From NCBI RefSeq assembly GCF_021869535.1, contig NW_026262668.1:85622001-85686000 (forward strand): a stretch of DNA of 64,000 nucleotides. The letters run 5' to 3'. Of this stretch, positions 13,193-25,884 are shown in pieces. The position numbers were made by a program, and so were the translations under genes. A model generated the notes under the pieces. That model ran no database searches and was not told the origin of the DNA. It saw nothing but the letters and a program-made list of their open reading frames with translations. Numbering within the stretch: position 1 is the stretch's first letter; the number at the start of each line of letters is the position of its first letter. This stretch comes from Mytilus californianus (lineage: Eukaryota).

Positions 13193-14286
13193 GTTTTCTT
13201 GCGAACGGTCTCAGAAGTGTTGCGTTCATAAAGTGTCGATGTCGTTGTGGTACAATAGCCCCCAAATGGTCAAAGTCGCATAGCGTATGAACAAACTGTC
13301 AAATCAAAATGGGGTATAGTATGGTCAACAACACATGTTAAAAAACAATCCTACCAAATATGAGAGCTGTCTGTAAAAAATTTCTCCGAGTATTTTTGTG
13401 ATACAGACTGACGGATGACACCATTACCATGTCTCGCGCGTGCGTGCGCGGGACAATTACCAAATATCTTCCATCAAAACCAGATTCCCTAAAGAACAAT
13501 ATTTTTAGGTTGATGAGTTGAAGTATTACAAACATCAACTTTAAATCAAATATATATATTAACTAAAAAACAAAAACCGACAAGGATCTTGACTGGACAG
13601 GCTCATGAATATGTTTTGTTTTAGTAATCGGTCATCATCTTTTTAATTTTGAACAGTGGAAAAGGGATAGGTATGGATTTAATTCAAAAGATTTAAATTC
13701 GATAACAACACCGACATTGTGCAAATTGGGTATAGAATGTTTCTTTGCAAAATAAAAAGTTGAAGTATGTATACATGAATAACAAACATAACATTATTTA
13801 AACTTGTTTATGCCTTTGGTAACTCTAACAGTAAAACAAAAATATACAATACTTTTAAACAATTAACAAAAGACTGAATATTCAAAAATCTTATACAGAT
13901 AATACGTGTAATATGTAAACCTTATTTTACATATTGCATTTGTCAACAAGATTGATGAATTAGGTGGAAACAGTTCAAGCTGAAATATTATAACAAGAAT
14001 TTGTTGTATTGCGTGTTAATATGTATGTATCTTGCACATTTTTATAACCTTTCTAAATAGATAAAAAAAGAATGGCTTTAAATGCGTTAAACTTATAATT
14101 CCGTGTATGATTTGTCTTGGTTAACACTTGTAGTATGTGCACACGACAATCAAAACATGTAAAAGCTTTCAAATTCAGTGTTAGTTAAACTCCTAGGAAT
14201 TGAACTGAACTTTCCTTTCAACTAAATCCTCATTGAAGGTTACGAATCAATAAAGATGCGAACACTTTATGGCAAATGTATATAAC

Positions 14287-14515
14287 TTATCCTCGGAATT
14301 GTTTCATCCTGCAAATTAAATTCACAAATTTAATAACGTCTATTTGTTTTTCATCTCCAGCTGAAGCCTTGATTAACTGTTCAAGTTCTGTCTCTTCAAA
14401 ATTTCTCCCAGAAGAAGTTTTCATGGCTTTTAATTTGTCCCATAATTTTTCAATGTCAACTTGACCAGTCCCATCCTTTTCGATTTCCTTGAATGTTGCA
14501 AGAATATCTTTAATG
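14287..14515 (-). CDS. EF-hand calmodulin-like protein, last coding exon
   Basis: Acceptor atttcag at 14517-14516; GA|C gives Asp in frame with the upstream exon. Translation IKDILATFKEIEKDGTGQVDIEKLWDKLKAMKTSSGRNFEETELEQLIKASAGDEKQIDVIKFVNLICRMKQFRG*. Confidence 0.88.
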
Positions 14516-14856
14516 CTGAAATGAAAATAAAAGTTTCTATATATACTGCATAACAAACAATCTATACTCTTGAATTGATGACATTTTCTATAATAGCCCA
14601 TATCCTTAACAGAATACTTATCATTATAAAACACTCTTAACTGTTCATCACTTTTTTTCTATTTAAAGATTGTCGTATATGCTGAATTTGTGCTTTTTTG
14701 CTAATTTTAATATCTATATGTCCGGATCAGTGGAGGAAGCATAGCTTAATACATCTGAAATAAAATATTACAAATGATAAAAGAGAAAGACCATTGTTCC
14801 GTTACATAACTAATATATGAACATTTTATATCCTACACTAGATGTTAATGACTTAC

Positions 14857-15060
14857 TCTTCACCCACTGTAAAGTAAAACTGTTTATACTCCCAATAACT
14901 GAGTTCTCCGTTGTAATCTTTGTCAAACATGTCGAACACTAGACTTGCTTCTTCTGCACTGAGCTTGTATTCGGTTTCAAACATCGTCAGAGCTTGTGGC
15001 TTGTGAAGACGGCGTACAAAATTTTGTGTGTACTTGTCAAATGCCGCATCTGCTTCTTTC
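14857..15060 (-). CDS. EF-hand calmodulin-like Ca-binding protein, penultimate coding exon (5' exon(s) not located)
   Basis: Acceptor tttacag at 15062-15061, donor GA|GTAAGT at 14856, phase 2/2. Translation KEADAAFDKYTQNFVRRLHKPQALTMFETEYKLSAEEASLVFDMFDKDYNGELSYWEYKQFYFTVGE contains the canonical EF loop DKDYNGELSYWE. Confidence 0.88.
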
Positions 15061-16484
15061 CTGTAAATTTATCAAAACATTATTTTATTGTGTAAAAAAA
15101 ATAACATCACTGTATAGTATATATCGTACAACCATAAGTGCCGAGAGAGCCTATATAATAACTAAACCTTCAGTGAGTGCTTGCATCTCATATATTCCAG
15201 TGTGGGAACTTGAGATTAAGTATACTACTGAAAATAGAAGGTCTGCATGAGACGCTTATCCTGTCGACTGATCTTTATATACTTCATGCGATTCTCTCGG
15301 CTTTTGTTTGTTACCTTGATTTGTCGATTTATGTCATTTGAACATCGTTGACTGTTGTCTAAAATCAAATACGTAAGCAGACCGTGGCATTGATATTAAT
15401 TTTTTTTCATTTCAGAAATGTTAATTTCATCTCATGATAAAAATTACAATTTTATAATTTTGTTGCGTCCAAACCGCTATTCTGGATTTGCATTCATGAG
15501 AAACGATCAAACCCAACATTTTGAAAGTCAAGGCTGTAGAACTACTGGAATACATGAGTAGCAATGACAAGACTTTGAAATATGTTGCTTTTGGTCGAGT
15601 GAAAAAGTAACAATTTTGAATTGATCTTGCCACCTGAAAGATTATGATTATTGATTGTTTTACAACTGCTTATTTTTTGCTGCTTTTAAGTGGTTTCATT
15701 ATTTATGACCTCTTTTGTTCAGAGAAGTATGTAGTCTATCTGGATACTTTAACTGTCAATTAATTCCACATTTATCGCAGTGAATAAAGAACTAGTTATT
15801 AATGGTCATAAATATTCACGTAACCCTCTCATTTAAACACATTTTTCAATAAAGTGTCACCTTTAATCGTCACTGTGTGGTGAGAAATTGTTAACTAATT
15901 ATACCATCATGTCCACCTCGTGGCTATTGGTTTTTCCAGAAATTAAATACAAAATATTCCCACACAACACTACTGTATTGGCTATTATATCTATGATATG
16001 ACCGACATGACATTTCCTTTGAAAAGCTTGGACATTAGAGTCAACGAAAACTGACCGTAGAAATAAAATATGCTGTATAAAGCCAAATGAATGTTTGATG
16101 TACAATCGTCTCGTTTTGATATAAAGCTAGGAAACATTACATTTATTTACATTTGACTATTTCCCGAGAATTATTGGGTTAATTTGGATATCGAGATACT
16201 TTTTAAAAAACTTTCAAGGGTAATTTGTTAAGTCTGAACTTTTTTATTGCTGTCAGAGGGAAAAGATTGTTTCCAGTTTATTATCTGATTGCAGATAATC
16301 GCTTCTGGTCTACCTTTAAACACCTTGTTTGGAGAGCTTTTAAAAAACGCCCGTAATTTATAACGATCTCGAAAAAAGCACAACTTTTATAGTTTTATTG
16401 AGCTACATGGGACGTTCCATATTATATTTTAACTATGTCTACACGGAGTTTATCTAAACACAGTCAGGACAAATATTCATCTTT

Positions 16485-16710
16485 GAATTTGATGCGACTG
16501 TCATACAAGTGAGAGGGTTTAGCTAGCTATAAAACCAGGTTCAATCCACCATTTTCTACATAAGAAAATGCCTGTACCAAGTCAGGAATATGACAGTTGT
16601 TATCCATTCGTTTGATGTGTTTGGTTTTTTTTTTTATTTTGCCATTTGATTGGGGACTTTCCTTTTTGAATTTTCCTCGGAGTTCAGTATTTTTGTGATT
16701 TTACTTTTTT
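16485..16710 (+). repeat. Dispersed repeat family F (3' tail of the Penelope-like RT element at 22555-23665)
   Basis: GCGACTGTCATACAAGTGAGAGG..TAGCTATAAAACCAGG..AATCCACCATTTTCTACATAAGAAAATG.CTGTACCAAGTCAGGAATATGACAGTTG is near-identical to 23455-23665. A third copy lies at ~31955-32190. Confidence 0.85.
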
Positions 16711-17200
16711 CTTAAGATCAAAACAATTCCTAAGGCTAATTGAACAGTTTGTATTGGGTAATCAGCTTGCAACTGGGTCTTTCAAAAACAATACTTAAGT
16801 CATAAATATTCATGATAGATGCAATTGCTTCAAACACCTTAAAAAGTGTAGTCTCCACTGAACTTTAACATTGAATCTGTTTACAAAACTCCCTTTTACA
16901 TATTAATAGCTATCTCATTCATGTGTCAATGTAAGAATACATACATATATTATTTTGAAATAATTTGATAAAACGATATTGTTAAACCATGCACTATCAA
17001 CGTAACTATGTTGAAAATTCAAATCTTCATGGCAAGTGATTTCATTGTACTTTAATTCACGGTCAATAAACTCAAACTAACAGAGAACATCAATATCACC
17101 ATTTCAATCATCTAAATGTTTAATAAATAGCTGACGGGATGAATAAATAAAATAGTAAGTAATAGCTTTATCTCAATCGAAACCTCACATACATTTTTCA

Positions 17201-17422
17201 GGGTCTTCGGTGGCCAATTGGTCTAGATGTTTCACATACAGTGAACACTAGCCTATCATCCCCAAGGTTTTGAGTTCGAACCTCACTCGTTACGAGGCGC
17301 TTTCGACCCGGATCTTTATTGACTAGGACTGCAAGTTTTCCTGTCTTCACCAATAAAAAGTTGTCGGCATGAAAAAGCCAGGAGTGCCGAAAGTGGCGTT
17401 GAACACCAACAATCAATCAATC
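17201..17422 (+). mobile_element. tRNA-derived SINE
   Basis: Pol III A box TGGCCAATTGG (17211) and B box GAGTTCGAACC (17272); tail GGCGTTGAACACCAAC(AATC)n. Confidence 0.75.
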
Positions 17423-18969
17423 ATATATCTTTTGTAATAAGGAATAAAAATGTTCGTTAAAATTAGTTAATATGTATTTAAACTAAAATGTAAATTACTT
17501 GTGAGTTTATCTACATTGCGTTAATGCACATTAAATGGTAGTTATGCTGTCTTCTTGTAATGAAATTCGATTATTAACCATATGTGGCGTCAATTAATAA
17601 GAAAAAATGTTTACTGCACTAAACACGACTCCTATTAAATTGTTATATCAGTGAATCCTGGACGACAAGATGAGACATTTTGTTGTATCAACAGCTTAGT
17701 TTTATGTCAACAGACATTAAGATAATGATAATATGATACATGTAAAGTGTTATTTTAATATATGTGTATTTTAAATCATTTAAGCTGTAGGTATCAAAAT
17801 TATTGACTCATGTTTAAAGTAACTAGAGATATTTGGCATCTTAAGAATTTTGACATTATTTTAAATTTTTTTATTAATATAAATGAGATATGATCATTGT
17901 ATATCTTGAAGCACAGAACAATTGTTATGTCAAACATGATATATATTATAATAAAGACTAATTGTTGGAATCTGTAAGTCAAATGGCAAACTTTAATGAT
18001 TTTTTAACTACATCTGCAACAAATGTATTTTTTGAAGTACACGCCATGGTCAAACTTTAAGACAGTTCATCAGTTTTTACGTTGGATTAACATATGCATA
18101 ATAGAATGGATGCAGTCAGTCCCTGTTCTTTTATACTGAAAATGAAATTAACACAGTTTATCTTTTTGATAATTGTTACTACAAAGCTCCCAGTATGTAC
18201 TGTACACTTTAAATCCTTTCTTTTCCCCATAAATGTCAATAATGACAACTAGACAACAGTGTCTCGCATTCCATTTGACTTATAAGGTTACAAAACCCTC
18301 ACAAATTAATTTTTGTTTTTATTGTGTTACAAAAAGACTTCTGACACACATAGGTATGTCGAACTGTATGCAAATTGTTCCAAGAAGCCTTTTTCTATTT
18401 GTTCAGAAGGTAAAGAATACCAGAAGTATTGAGGGCAAGTGTATTCAGAATACTGTATGCAAGATTTTGGATTACAAATTTAACGGAATATATATAATCT
18501 CAAAAATGGTTTTGTTATAGCAAAAATTCCAACTTTTGATGTCTCTACACTAAACCCATACATTAAGACGAATAACAGCAGGTTGAGTAATTTGAGCTTA
18601 TCAGTACCTGCGAGTATTATTTCATTCGAAAATGTTTATTATTTTATCCTTGTATCTTTACTTTTAAATTTGTTATTATACCGTTAGATTCTAAAAGTTC
18701 AATTATTATTTTTCTGTAATTATTTAAACTGTACATTTTTATTCCCGATTGATCGGGATTAAAAAGGCGATGGTTAAGAAATACAAAAAAAAGCTTCATA
18801 CTCCTCCCCCACCCTAAATCCGTTGATGCATCTTCCCAAAGACAAACCCTCGTTAGTGATTGTCGTTAGTTATAACGAATTTGATTTATTCGTCATTCAG
18901 AGAATTCGGCGTTGTTTGCAGATTGTTAAAATCGATAACTTAACATGACTAAGGTCGATACAGAGCTTA

Positions 18970-19457
18970 ACATATTGTGTATAGACTGTTGTTGAAGACA
19001 GTATGAGTTAGATACATATTGTGTATAGACTGTTGTTGAAGACAGTATGAGTTAGATACATATTGTGTATAGACTGTTGTTGAAGACAGTATGAGTTAGA
19101 TACATATTGTGTATAGACTGTTGTTGAAGACAGTATGAGTTAGATACATATTGTGTATAGACTTTTGTTGAAGACAACTGAGTTAGATACACATTGTGTA
19201 TAGACTGTTGTTGAAGACAGTATGCGTTAGATACATATTGTGTATAGACTGTTGTTGAAGACAGTATGAGTTAGATACATATTGTGTATAGACTGTTTGT
19301 TGAAGACAGTATGAGTTAGATACATATTGTGTATAGACTGTTGTTAAAGACAGTATGAGTTAGATACATATTGTGTATAGACTGTTGTTAAAGACAGTAT
19401 GAGTTTGATACATATTGTGTATAGACTGTTGTTGAAGACAGTATGAGTTAGGTACAC
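18970..19457. repeat. 44-bp minisatellite, ~11 copies
   Basis: Unit ACATATTGTGTATAGACTGTTGTTGAAGACAGTATGAGTTAGAT repeated head-to-tail with no spacers (CATATT at 18971, 19015, ...). Confidence 0.97.
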
Positions 19458-22400
19458 CCATGAGGGCGTTAGCTCGATTGGTTATATATAATTTACACCA
19501 AGATATTACTGTCAATGCAGAATGATAGTTTTCCATAATTTAGGATGGGGAAGGGTCTTTCAGCGATTTGACCATATTTTATTGAAAAGCATGGTAAGTG
19601 CAGGGTCTCCAATTTCAGGTAACGACATCTTGTTGTAATTGACTTGTAGATGTCTTTTAATGTATTGTCGTTTGTGTGTGTGTTTTCTTTTCTTTTTTTT
19701 ATGGGGTTTTCCACTTATATCCTTGTAATTATTGTTGATAAATAATCATGATTTAAAGTAAAGTTTATATCATAGAACCAAGATTACCCTCTGGAGATTA
19801 CCCAAATAAACCTTTTACTTAAATTTGACTTATTTGGTATGCGCTTTCATTATAAAGGCGGTATTTTAATGAATAGTTTACTTTCGTGATAAAGTGAACA
19901 CAAAATTTAATCTGACGGAAATAACAAACACTGTCAAACGATTTAAAATTAATGAAGAATGCACGTATTGATTTGAATCATGTGAAGTATAACGGAAGTC
20001 ACAAACTTTAAAAGCATTTCACCTTCATATTTGTGGTATATGATTATGTAGCCGCATTCGTTACAGAACAAAAACAATGCAGTAACTGTAGTATGTTATA
20101 ATTTTTATTACCTTAAATGTCCAATTGTTTCATTAAAAAAACAGACTACCAGTGACTATATCAGAACAAGTATGTATGTGTGTGTGTTCGTACGCTTTAT
20201 TGTTTACCACTAATGAATACAAGCTGATAAATGTATCGTATGAATTATAAGAAACATTAAGTTTGACGTGTGTAGTGAAAGTGTCAAATGTGTCACCTCT
20301 TCTCATTCATTATTGATGAACAAGTAAACCCCCCTTAAACTGGCCTCTCCATCTGCTAGTAGATTAGATAATTTTATTTGTCATCTGTCCTGTATCGCGA
20401 ATGAGAATACTAATCTTATTAACGATAATAAAAACAACTATTTTCTTAAATAAACTTGTTAAGGTGTATAGATAATATTTTTTGGTACATATGTAAATAC
20501 CTAGGGCTCAACACCTTGTCGATCAAACGATGCTGTCATAACTTAACTATTTAAATAATTAGAAAAGAGCTTAAAAATGTCATGACGTATACATGGTTTA
20601 CAGACACTCTTCTCGATTACCCATATCTGGATGAAATGAAAATTAATGAATAAAACTTTCCGAGTACTTACGGCAGTTTCTTTCCCGCCATGATGTTATA
20701 TTTCTAATATTGTATATATGCGTTGTAAAAAATTGATGGCAACTTTCACATGTATAATCCAGGTAACATTTGGTGAAAAATGAAAAGGTTAATAGTTGAA
20801 TTAGTATAAATGCCGTAGGAAACCAGTCATTTATATGCTACTATAAAATGATGCGCATGGGCACTTTAAACAGTAGCACACGACAGGTCCAAAATATAGT
20901 CCGCGCATCAAAGCACACCTGATTAATAAATATACTACTACCTTGAGTCATATGTATCACAGAAAAACGTCAAAAAATCAATAAATTCTCCATTTGTTTG
21001 TCGCTTAACAACATAAGATTAGGATGACTATATTAGGTAATATTGGGAAATATCTTACGTAATAGATCGTTTATATTTCGTTCAAAATATACAAATAACT
21101 TTAAGCAATTTTACAAAAATGAATTAATAAATACTTGCATATGTAATGATGTATTTCAAAATCGTTCGTATTATGTTCTGGCAATATTTTTTTTAATAAT
21201 TGGTTGTACATGCATATGGTAATGTAAACCGATTGCAGTGTTTGCTGCTTATGCAATGGTGCAACAGCAAGATGTTTTTTGTTGGGATTAAAACGATTAA
21301 GGCGTGAAAGGCAGGTTTTCCAAAAAGAACATCTCCTTGTTTTGATTTATATAGTATAGTCATTATTTCCTTAAGCCGTTCCCCATTTAAAACTTTTTAT
21401 TGTGTCCTATCAGGAAATGTTTTTCCAAAGAGCAGTGGTAGCAGGAAGGAGATTAAATCGCTCGGCTTCCCAATCCTCTGAGAAAAAATGAAAATCCCTG
21501 CCCGCTTTACCCAATCTGGTTGCATTTAATGACTGGAAGATGTGACATGAGCTTGCAGCAACCAAATATCGAATTTTTATATTAAAGCCAAGTTTTATAT
21601 AAGATTTACAAAACGTTAACTTTATTCGTCAAGTGAAAGTTTACCATCGAAAATTATTATACTTAAACATAGCAACATAGTGAACATTTTCATTATTGGG
21701 ACAGACTGGGGGAAAACACACTGGGCTTTCGAAACATATAATAAATCCAGTTTATCATTAGTAATGTAAAAGTATTACACTAATTTCAGTTTGTCCGACA
21801 CGTTTTTAGAAGGTGAGGGGTAAATATCACCAGGTAGGTCGAATGTTTGGTACGCCAAATACATTAGAAATTGAAGAGAACCAACGCAAACGGGACTTGT
21901 ATAAAACAATCGTAAATGACGAAGGTTATTGTTGCCTGAGGACGCTGTAACCTAGTTAAAGAATTGTTGTTGAGTAACATACTTAACATTTATTTAATAT
22001 ATTTAGTATAGATTGTGAAATAATGAAAGCAAGCACCGTTTTTTGAACGTATTGTACTTCAGCAACAAATAGATTTATTTTTACTTTAATGGTAGAAAAA
22101 AACTATCAGATTCCTTATAAACATACGAGACTGGTTGATTAGTACAACATAGACATGATCTCTCTAAATAATCCCTGATGTGTCTATATGTCTCACATTA
22201 ATTACACCCACCTTCACTTTCACTTACAATAAAAAACAGTCAATATGAAGTTATTTAAACTTTTCTCATGGAAGTTTTCCTGCTAAAATATGACAGACGC
22301 AACGACTTTTCTTGTCCTATTATTACTTGCACTCTACTTGATTTTGATGCTCTGTTGGTTTGTTCTAATAAATTGTACTTTTCTCGGTTGGTTTCATATA

Positions 22401-22554
22401 GGCTGTTTGTATTGACATCAAATTGTTTAAAGATAATGTGGGGTATATTTCAAAGGGACAGCAGCCTAATAACACGAAGAAGTCAAAAACATCTAGTTGC
22501 CAGCAGTCAGACGTGAGCGGTAGATTATAAGTGTAAATACAATATGTGTCAATC

Positions 22555-23665
22555 TCCCAATTGCCGACCTCTTCTGATTTTCATATGAGTCGGAGTTCCT
22601 TCAGACACTTGTCAAAAACAAGAAGATCAAAAAGCCAGATCATTTAATTTCACATTCAGATATATTGATGATGTTCTTTCCATTAACAATCCAAACTTTT
22701 CTGATTGGGTTCCATTAATATATCCTCCAGAACTAGAATTAAAGAAACAACAGACACGGCTTCCTCTGCCTCATTGTTAGACTTATACCTCGAATTTGAC
22801 ATAAGCGGTCATCTCAGTCCCAGAATCTATGACAAACGAGACGATTTTAATTTTGAAATTATCGATTTCCTCCACCTTAGTAGCAATATACAAACTTCAC
22901 TTGCATATGGGATATACATTTCCCAACTCATTCGGTATTCAAGAGCTTGCAGCTGCTACTCAGACTTTGTAAAACGTCACCAGTGTCTGAGCAGAAAGTT
23001 GATGAACCAAGGGTATGTAAAAGAACGTCTCGTCCTTTTTTAAAAAAAAAGTTTATCGGAAGATACTAAGACCTTGTTGATAAATATTCTGTTTCAACTT
23101 CACAAATAATACATGATGGTCTTGAAGTATAGATTCTAGGTACTGACGTTGTTTATCATTTTAATAAAGTGTTATAGTATTCTTTTATTTGTCTTTGTAA
23201 TTTATTACTTTTACTGTTTAGCCTATTTTTGGCAGTATCCATTTAACGTGGATCGGTACTTGTACATCCCGTATGGTTAATTTTTGTATTCTTGTCTTTC
23301 GTTTTTGCTAATGTGCTTTGTCTTTATGCCTTTTTGTTTGTCTTTGTTGATATATTTGCTTGGTTTTGTAGTGACTAAGATTATAACACAATGTTGACTT
23401 ATTATGTCGGTTTGTTTTGTTCACACATCGTTGTCAATATAATGGAATTTTATGCGACTGTCATACAAGTGAGAGGTTTAGCAAGCTATAAAACCAGGTT
23501 TAATCCACCATTTTCTACATAAGAAAATGTCTGTACCAAGTCAGGAATATGACAGTTGTCATCCATTCGTTTGATGTGTTTGAGCTTTTGATTTTGCCAT
23601 TTGCTTAGGGACTTTCCGTTTAGAATTTTCCTCGGGGTTCGGTATTTTTGTTATTTTACTTTTTA
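22555..23665 (+). mobile_element. 5'-truncated Penelope-like retroelement: degraded RT C-terminal half plus 3' UTR
   Basis: ARSFNFTFRYIDDVLSINNP (YxDD at ~22661-22672), then KETTDTASSASLLDLYLEFD...IYDKRDDFNFEI...YGIYISQLIRYSRAC...KLMNQGYVKERL. Stops and frameshifts are present. The family F tail follows. Confidence 0.85.
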
Positions 23666-23880
23666 CTTCGTGTAAAAGAGGTTGAGAAAATATTACCGTG
23701 GACTACCAACATTTTTCGTGAACATTTAAATCTCAAAATGACAAAAACATTTACGTGTTGTAAAGCAGAGCAAAAACATGTGTATCCGTAATTGTAGAAA
23801 TGGGCTGTGTCTTGTTATATAAGAACGCATTTGACACTCATGAATAGCAATACTATTGTATTTTATTAGTTTAAATACTA

Positions 23881-23969
23881 TTATGTTACTTTCAAACGCA
23901 GTATTAACTGTCCAATAACCTGTCGTCGCATTCTGTCCAACGCTGTGATTTGAAACCCACTTTTCGTAG
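23881..23969 (-). CDS. PHB/PHA depolymerase-like secreted esterase, exon 10 of 10
   Basis: Acceptor ttttag at 23971-23970; G|CT gives Ala. ATKSGFQITALDRMRRQVIGQLILRLKVT*, stop at 23883-23881. Confidence 0.85.
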
Positions 23970-24044
23970 CTAAAAATAAATCCAAATAAATATATTTATT
24001 ATAAAGCAAACACAACTTCTAATCATATACTTATTATTTAATAT

Positions 24045-24225
24045 TTCCGTCCCTATCCACTATACCCGCATTTTCCAGTGGCAGTCCAAATTTCTCCGAC
24101 CTTCATCCCGGACAGCCTCTATTACATGACCTACATATTGTATTCATTGTTAATTTGTTCCCGTCCTGAACACTCATGACATATTTGCCATTGGACGTTA
24201 AACAATCAACCATCAATCAATCAAT
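24045..24225 (+). mobile_element. SINE 3' part (tail GGACGTTAAAC..(AATC)n)
   Basis: CCCGTCCTGAACACTCATGACATATTTGCCATTGGACGTTAAACAATCAACCATCAATCAATC. Related minus-strand tails occur at ~42300-42360 and ~43340-43400. Confidence 0.6.
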
Positions 24226-24389
24226 ATTATTTTTATACGAGAACGAACTGTATTCCTTTTCTCGCCGACTTTTCCCCTCAATCGTATGAAGCATTTTATA
24301 CAGGAGCATAGTTATCAAGCTGTAACTTTACCGATTGTGTCCTGTTTCCGATTGAGACTGAGTGTGAATTCGCAATGCGGGTTATGTAT

Positions 24390-24990
24390 TCATAGCAGGA
24401 GACGTTAACCCTATTGTCACACCCTCTGTCTGGCTCCTTTTTTGTTTGTTACCTTGAAATGTACCTTCTTAATCGTTCTATGAGTTTGAGAAAGCAACTG
24501 TTGCCGAAATTTCCTATTTTGATGTAGCATCATTAGATTATTCCAGCAGCACCTACATATGAAATATAATCGAGTTGTTACGATATCCCCGGGCTTGGGC
24601 TTCTTATAATGATTGAGTTGACGTTAGCAAAGATTTATTTAACCAATGGTACTTTACTGCAAAGTTGGTGTCATTTCTTCGAAATTGTAAATGACGCCAT
24701 GATGTTTTGATTGACCGTTATGGAATATTTGTGTTACAAAGGAAAGCGGTAGAACGTTCCACTTTTCGTCACAATACCGTTCACTTTCCCTACTAATGCG
24801 AGTTATGGATCTATTTGTACTTGACATTATCTAAACGACAGGTGTCACCAGTTGAACAGGAAATGCTAACCCTTCCAGGGCACTTTAGATCACCCAATGT
24901 TGGTGGGATTCGTATTGCTCAATATAAGTCGTATGTGTAGCGCATTGAGGACTACTGTTTGTCTGTTTGCTTTTTTGTTTTCGTTTTTCG
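24390..24990 (+). mobile_element. Degraded Penelope-like RT C-terminus plus 3' tail
   Basis: IPAAPTYE..SSCYDIPG / ELLRYPRAWASY...RHDVLIDRYGIFV resembles the RT C-terminus at 22900-23100. Tail GGTGTCACCAGTTGAACAGGAAATGCTAACCCTTCCAGGGCAC..AGATCACCC. Confidence 0.55.
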
Positions 24991-25053
24991 TTTGGGTTTT
25001 GATTTTTACAGTTGATAACAATTGTGTACGGATACATCAATCAGAAAGGAGGT

Positions 25054-25143
25054 CAATCTAATTAAAATATAGAACTCGGATTTCGTTATACTGCATACGT
25101 ATGCAGTATAACGAAATCCGAGTTCTATATTTTAATTAGATTG
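25054..25143. repeat. Perfect 90-bp palindrome (45-bp arms, no spacer) flanked by a 9-bp direct repeat AAAGGAGGT
   Basis: 25054-25098 is the exact reverse complement of 25099-25143. AAAGGAGGT lies at 25045-25053 and 25144-25152. Confidence 0.95.
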
Positions 25144-25732
25144 AAAGGAGGTGTGAGGTCACAAAGCACAAAAGCGCAGTGGTCCTATCAATAGCAAAAA
25201 CGTCCGGCGCCGATATTTCTTCCCAAAAATATAAATTGAAATTATCAATCCTATTATTTAATACTATACATAGGAAACAAAAAGATAAAAACAAATCTAA
25301 TCGTTTTGAAAAATGATCTATTGATCAACCAATGAACACCAATGAACACTTCTTTGCTTTGAAATTATTGTCAATAATTGTCTATACTCCACTGAAGTGT
25401 TTAGGTTAGGTCATTGCGTACAACTGAACTGCAGAGTGTGTTCACTATGTCTGCTCGCATAAACATTACATGTTCGAGATAGTTTATGTTGCATTTGTTT
25501 TTTTCCGTATTTATCTGCATGTAAGGTAGATGCAATAATACCTTTTTTATAATATCACATTCAATTGTTAAATTTTCAGCTGAAATTATGTTCCATTTCC
25601 CTGTATTTAGCTTAACTGTAACAAGAAATCTTTGTCTGTTTTTTTTTTTTAAATAATGAATGATTGATATACACACAGATATAAATGATTCCGCGATCCC
25701 ACAATTGAGAAAAAGACGAAATACGGATTTAC

Positions 25733-25884
25733 CAAAATATGCGCCAGTGTAACCAAACCAGTCCCAGCAACCATTTAGATTAGTTGGAATCGGTGTAATC
25801 TGTGGATACAATATGATGATATTATTCGCTTCTCCGACTTCATTGTATCCGGCGTGCTTCACATATTCGTCATTAATAAAATGT
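25733..25884 (-). CDS. PHB depolymerase-like, exon 9 of 10
   Basis: Acceptor ttttag at 25886-25885, donor G|GTAAAT at 25732. HFINDEYVKHAGYNEVGEANNIIILYPQITPIPTNLNGCWDWFGYTGAYF carries the family motifs GYNE.A..NNII.LYPQ and GCWDW.GY. Confidence 0.95.

Noticed and set aside
14516-14756. Extra exon or N-terminal extension of the EF-hand gene (ORF track start 14634; tttcag at 14756-14755)
   Set aside because: All three frames after the 14755 acceptor hit stops, and exon 14857-15060 already splices in phase to 14515.
17201-17290. tRNA gene
   Set aside because: A and B boxes are present but no cloverleaf can be formed, and a SINE body with an (AATC)n tail follows.
18970-19457. 44-bp repeat array as a CRISPR
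   Set aside because: The units are contiguous with no unique spacers, there are no cas genes, and the context is eukaryotic. It is a minisatellite.
25401-25732. C-terminal extension of the 176-aa ORF 25401..25931
   Set aside because: This is intron read-through after the donor at 25732; the conserved family C-terminus (ATKSGFQ) is on the exon at 23969.
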